DNA of 64,000 nucleotides from Gammaproteobacteria bacterium (GTDB lineage Bacteria; Pseudomonadota; Gammaproteobacteria; Tethybacterales; G965206325): NCBI GenBank assembly GCA_965206325.1, contig OZ242208.1, positions 186,603 to 250,602 of the forward strand, read 5' to 3'. Shown piece by piece: positions 61,701 to 64,000 of this stretch (position 1 is its first letter; each line of letters starts with the position of its first letter). The notes under the pieces were generated by a model. It saw only the letters and a program-made list of their open reading frames with translations, ran no database searches and was not told where the DNA came from. The position numbers and the translations under genes were made by a program.

Positions 61701-63254
61701 CTGCGTTTGATAGCGATAAGTGTCGACGGTGAATTCAGCGGCGGCTTCATCGCTCCAACCTTCAATCGCCCGCAGATTCTGCACAAGCCGTTTTCGCACC
61801 GATTCGCCCTTGTCCATTTTGCGAATAACGACGCGATATTCCATTTCCGGACGGGGCGGATTTTCCGGCGCGCCCTTGGGAAGAGCGGCGTTAAGGCCGG
61901 CATCCAGCCGCCGATTCAATTTCATCCGTCCGACCGCCGACAAATTGTATCGGTCGGGCGATGCAAACAAATTCTCAAAATACGCGTTGACGACTTCCGC
62001 ATTCGGCGGGTCGCCCGGGCGCAGCATTCGGTAGACGGCGATGCGCGCGCCTCCCTGATCCAACTTGTCGTCGGACGCCATCGTGCGCGAAATGTAAGGG
62101 CCGCAGTCAAATTCGTTGGTGTAGATGGCTTCAATTTGCGCGATTCCAACAGCGCGCATTCTCCCCAGCAAATCGCCGTTAATTTCGTCGTTGGGATGAG
62201 CGATAATTTCGCCGGTGGATTCATCAATGATGGTCTTGGCCAGCCGCCGTCCGTTGAGAAATTCATCCGGCACCGGATGAAATCGCCAGTCCGCCTCGCC
62301 GAGTTTTCGCAGGTCGGCGGCTTTAATGCGGCTGTCTTTGCGGACGATGATATTGCCGTCGGCGCCGGTTAAATCAAAGGGCAGAGTCGCGCTTCGCAGG
62401 AATCGCGCATCCAATTGATATTCCGCCTTGCCCGATTCGCCGCCGAGCCGAAACCCTTCAAAGTCGTAAAATTCAGCGAGAATGTCCTCGTCCGAATAGC
62501 CGTAAACTTTCAGCAGCGTCGTCACTGGCATTTTGCGGCGGCGGTCAATTCGGAAGTAGACAAAATCCCGCTGGTCAAATTCAAAATCCAGCCAAGAGCC
62601 GTTGTAGGGAATGACTCGCGCGCTGTAAATCACTTTGCCGGACAGAGTCGAGCGGCCGAAATCGTGCTCAAAAAACACGCCCGGCGAACGATGCAACTGG
62701 CCGACAACAACCCGCTCCGTGCCGTTTAAGATAAAGGAGCCGACCTGCGTCCTTTTGGCAAAATAGTATTGCCAAAAGAAAATTTCTTCCTGCCAATCCT
62801 TTTCCTTTTTGGGAATTTGAGGGAAGGGCTCTCTGTCTTCCGCCACCGCCATCAGCGGCACTTCGCCCATGTGGACCGGATGCTCGCGGGCTTCCTTGAT
62901 GGTTTTGCCATCCTTTTCCAAAAACACCATGCGGATGCGGGCGAGGATTTTCGCCCTGTAAGTGAGTCCCCGCTCTTTGCATTCGCGGACGGTGAATTGC
63001 GGCCGCTCCAAATCGTAGCCGAGAAATTCCAGACGGCAATTGCCGTTGCTGCTGACGATGGGAAACACCGTCTCAAACGCCGCCTGCAATCCCTGATACT
63101 TGCGCTCGCTGGAGGCGGCATCCGCCTGCAGCAGGCCGCGGTAGGATTGAATCTGCGCGTCCAGCAGCGGCGGCATTTCAGCCGCGCGGCGGGGCAGTCG
63201 CACTTTGGAAAAAGAGCGGCGAATCCGCTTTTTTTCAGTGAAGGAATAAGTCAT
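58704..63254 (-). CDS. rpoB: RNA polymerase beta subunit with two lineage-specific insertions
   Basis: [12 protein letters not shown] start, [38 protein letters not shown]. Confidence 0.99.
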
Positions 63255-63295
63255 GTTCGGTCGTTCTCCGTTAGTTGGCGCGCGCACACGGACGG

Positions 63296-63317
63296 GCCGC
63301 GCCGTCGTCGGCGCGGC
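63296..63317 (-). promoter_or_regulatory. GC-rich hairpin in the rplL-rpoB spacer (possible attenuator or processing site)
   Basis: GCCGCGCCG-TCGT-CGGCGCGGC perfect 9-bp stem; no U tract. Confidence 0.4.
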
Positions 63318-63359
63318 GCGCCCCTGCGGGGACAAAAACACTCACCGCGCGAATCGCGG

Positions 63360-63734
63360 TTATTTGATTTCGGCGGAGGCGCCCGCCTCCTGCAATTGCT
63401 TTTGCGCCGTTTCGGCGTCGGCTCTGGAGACGCCCTCCTTCACCGCCTTGGGCGAGGCGTCCACCAAATCTTTCGCCTCTTTCAAGCCGAGGCCGGTAAT
63501 CGCCCGCACCGCCTTGATGACGGAAACTTTGTTGTCGCCGATGCCGGTCAGCACCGTGTCAAATTCGGTCTGCTCTTCTTCGACGGCTGCCGCTCCGCCG
63601 GCCGCGGGCGCAGCCGCCATTGCGACCGGCGCCGCCGCCGATACTCCGAATTTTTCCTCCATCTCGCGGATGAGTTCAGATAATTCCAGAACTGACATTC
63701 CGCCGATGGCGTCGAGAATTTGCGTTTTATCCAT
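63360..63734 (-). CDS. rplL: 50S ribosomal protein bL12 (L7/L12)
   Basis: [44 protein letters not shown]. Confidence 0.99.
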   Translation of the reverse strand: MDKTQILDAIGGMSVLELSELIREMEEKFGVSAAAPVAMAAAPAAGGAAAVEEEQTEFDTVLTGIGDNKVSVIKAVRAITGLGLKEAKDLVDASPKAVKEGVSRADAETAQKQLQEAGASAEIK

Positions 63735-63745
63735 TGCGATTGCTC

Positions 63746-64000
63746 CTATGATGATGAATTCTTTTCGCGCAAGTCGCGCACAGCGGCGAGCACCCGCGCA
63801 AATCGCGCCAGCGCATCCGCCAATGCGCGGACAAAAGTAGAAATGGGGGCGCGCATCGTCCTCGCCAATTCCGCCAGCAAAACTTCGCGCCCCGGCAATT
63901 TGGCGAGAGCGGCGACTCCGGCGGCGTCCAAAACAGCGTTTGGCATTGCCCCGCCTTTCAGCGACAGCCGCTTATTTTGCGCGCTAAATTCCGCCAGCGT
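63746..64000 (-). CDS. rplJ: 50S ribosomal protein uL10, C-terminal part (cut by window edge)
   Basis: [14 protein letters not shown]...M.AP; position upstream of rplL. Confidence 0.9.
   Translation of the reverse strand, partial: TLAEFSAQNKRLSLKGGAMPNAVLDAAGVAALAKLPGREVLLAELARTMRAPISTFVRALADALARFARVLAAVRDLREKNSSS

Noticed and set aside
63255-63341. N-terminal extension of RpoB in the ORF track (start 63341)
   Set aside because: The conserved start [10 protein letters not shown] at 63254 has a GGAG RBS; the upstream part is the hairpin-containing spacer

Overview
GC-rich betaproteobacterial-type chromosome segment. The nodI/nodJ-hemJ genes, the zapA-6S RNA-EVE-TauE synteny and SecF/RpoB features support that assignment; a marine host-associated lifestyle is my inference only. 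Core genes: purL (5'-truncated, frameshifted at a G17 tract), yajC-secD-secF, priA, xseA, moaA/fdhD/mobA, radA, betA, hsp20, maf, uvrB, a Dpp-type ABC operon, pabB-pabC fusion, rpoC, rpoB, rplL and partial rplJ. Accessory DNA: two tandem trimeric autotransporter adhesins, a cassette splitting secD from secF, a vapBC-like TA pair, two lone DUF262 (GmrSD-like) nucleases and a Cys-looped 8-stranded outer membrane barrel. Most notable: (1) RpoB carries a ~105-aa insert resembling the ribosomal bL12 C-terminal domain, and RpoC has a ~370-aa expanded SI3 plus a Pro in the bridge helix; (2) a collagen-stalk adhesin appears switched OFF by a G23 tract in its signal-peptide region, and its paralogue is also frameshifted; (3) a TIR/NDT-like cassette is bracketed by a 22-bp duplication of the secF start; (4) long G/C homopolymers are scattered through core genes; (5) PriA looks helicase-dead; (6) a TM2 domain is fused to DppC. 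No tRNA, rRNA, CRISPR array or transposase was seen. All calls come from reading motifs by eye, with no database searches.
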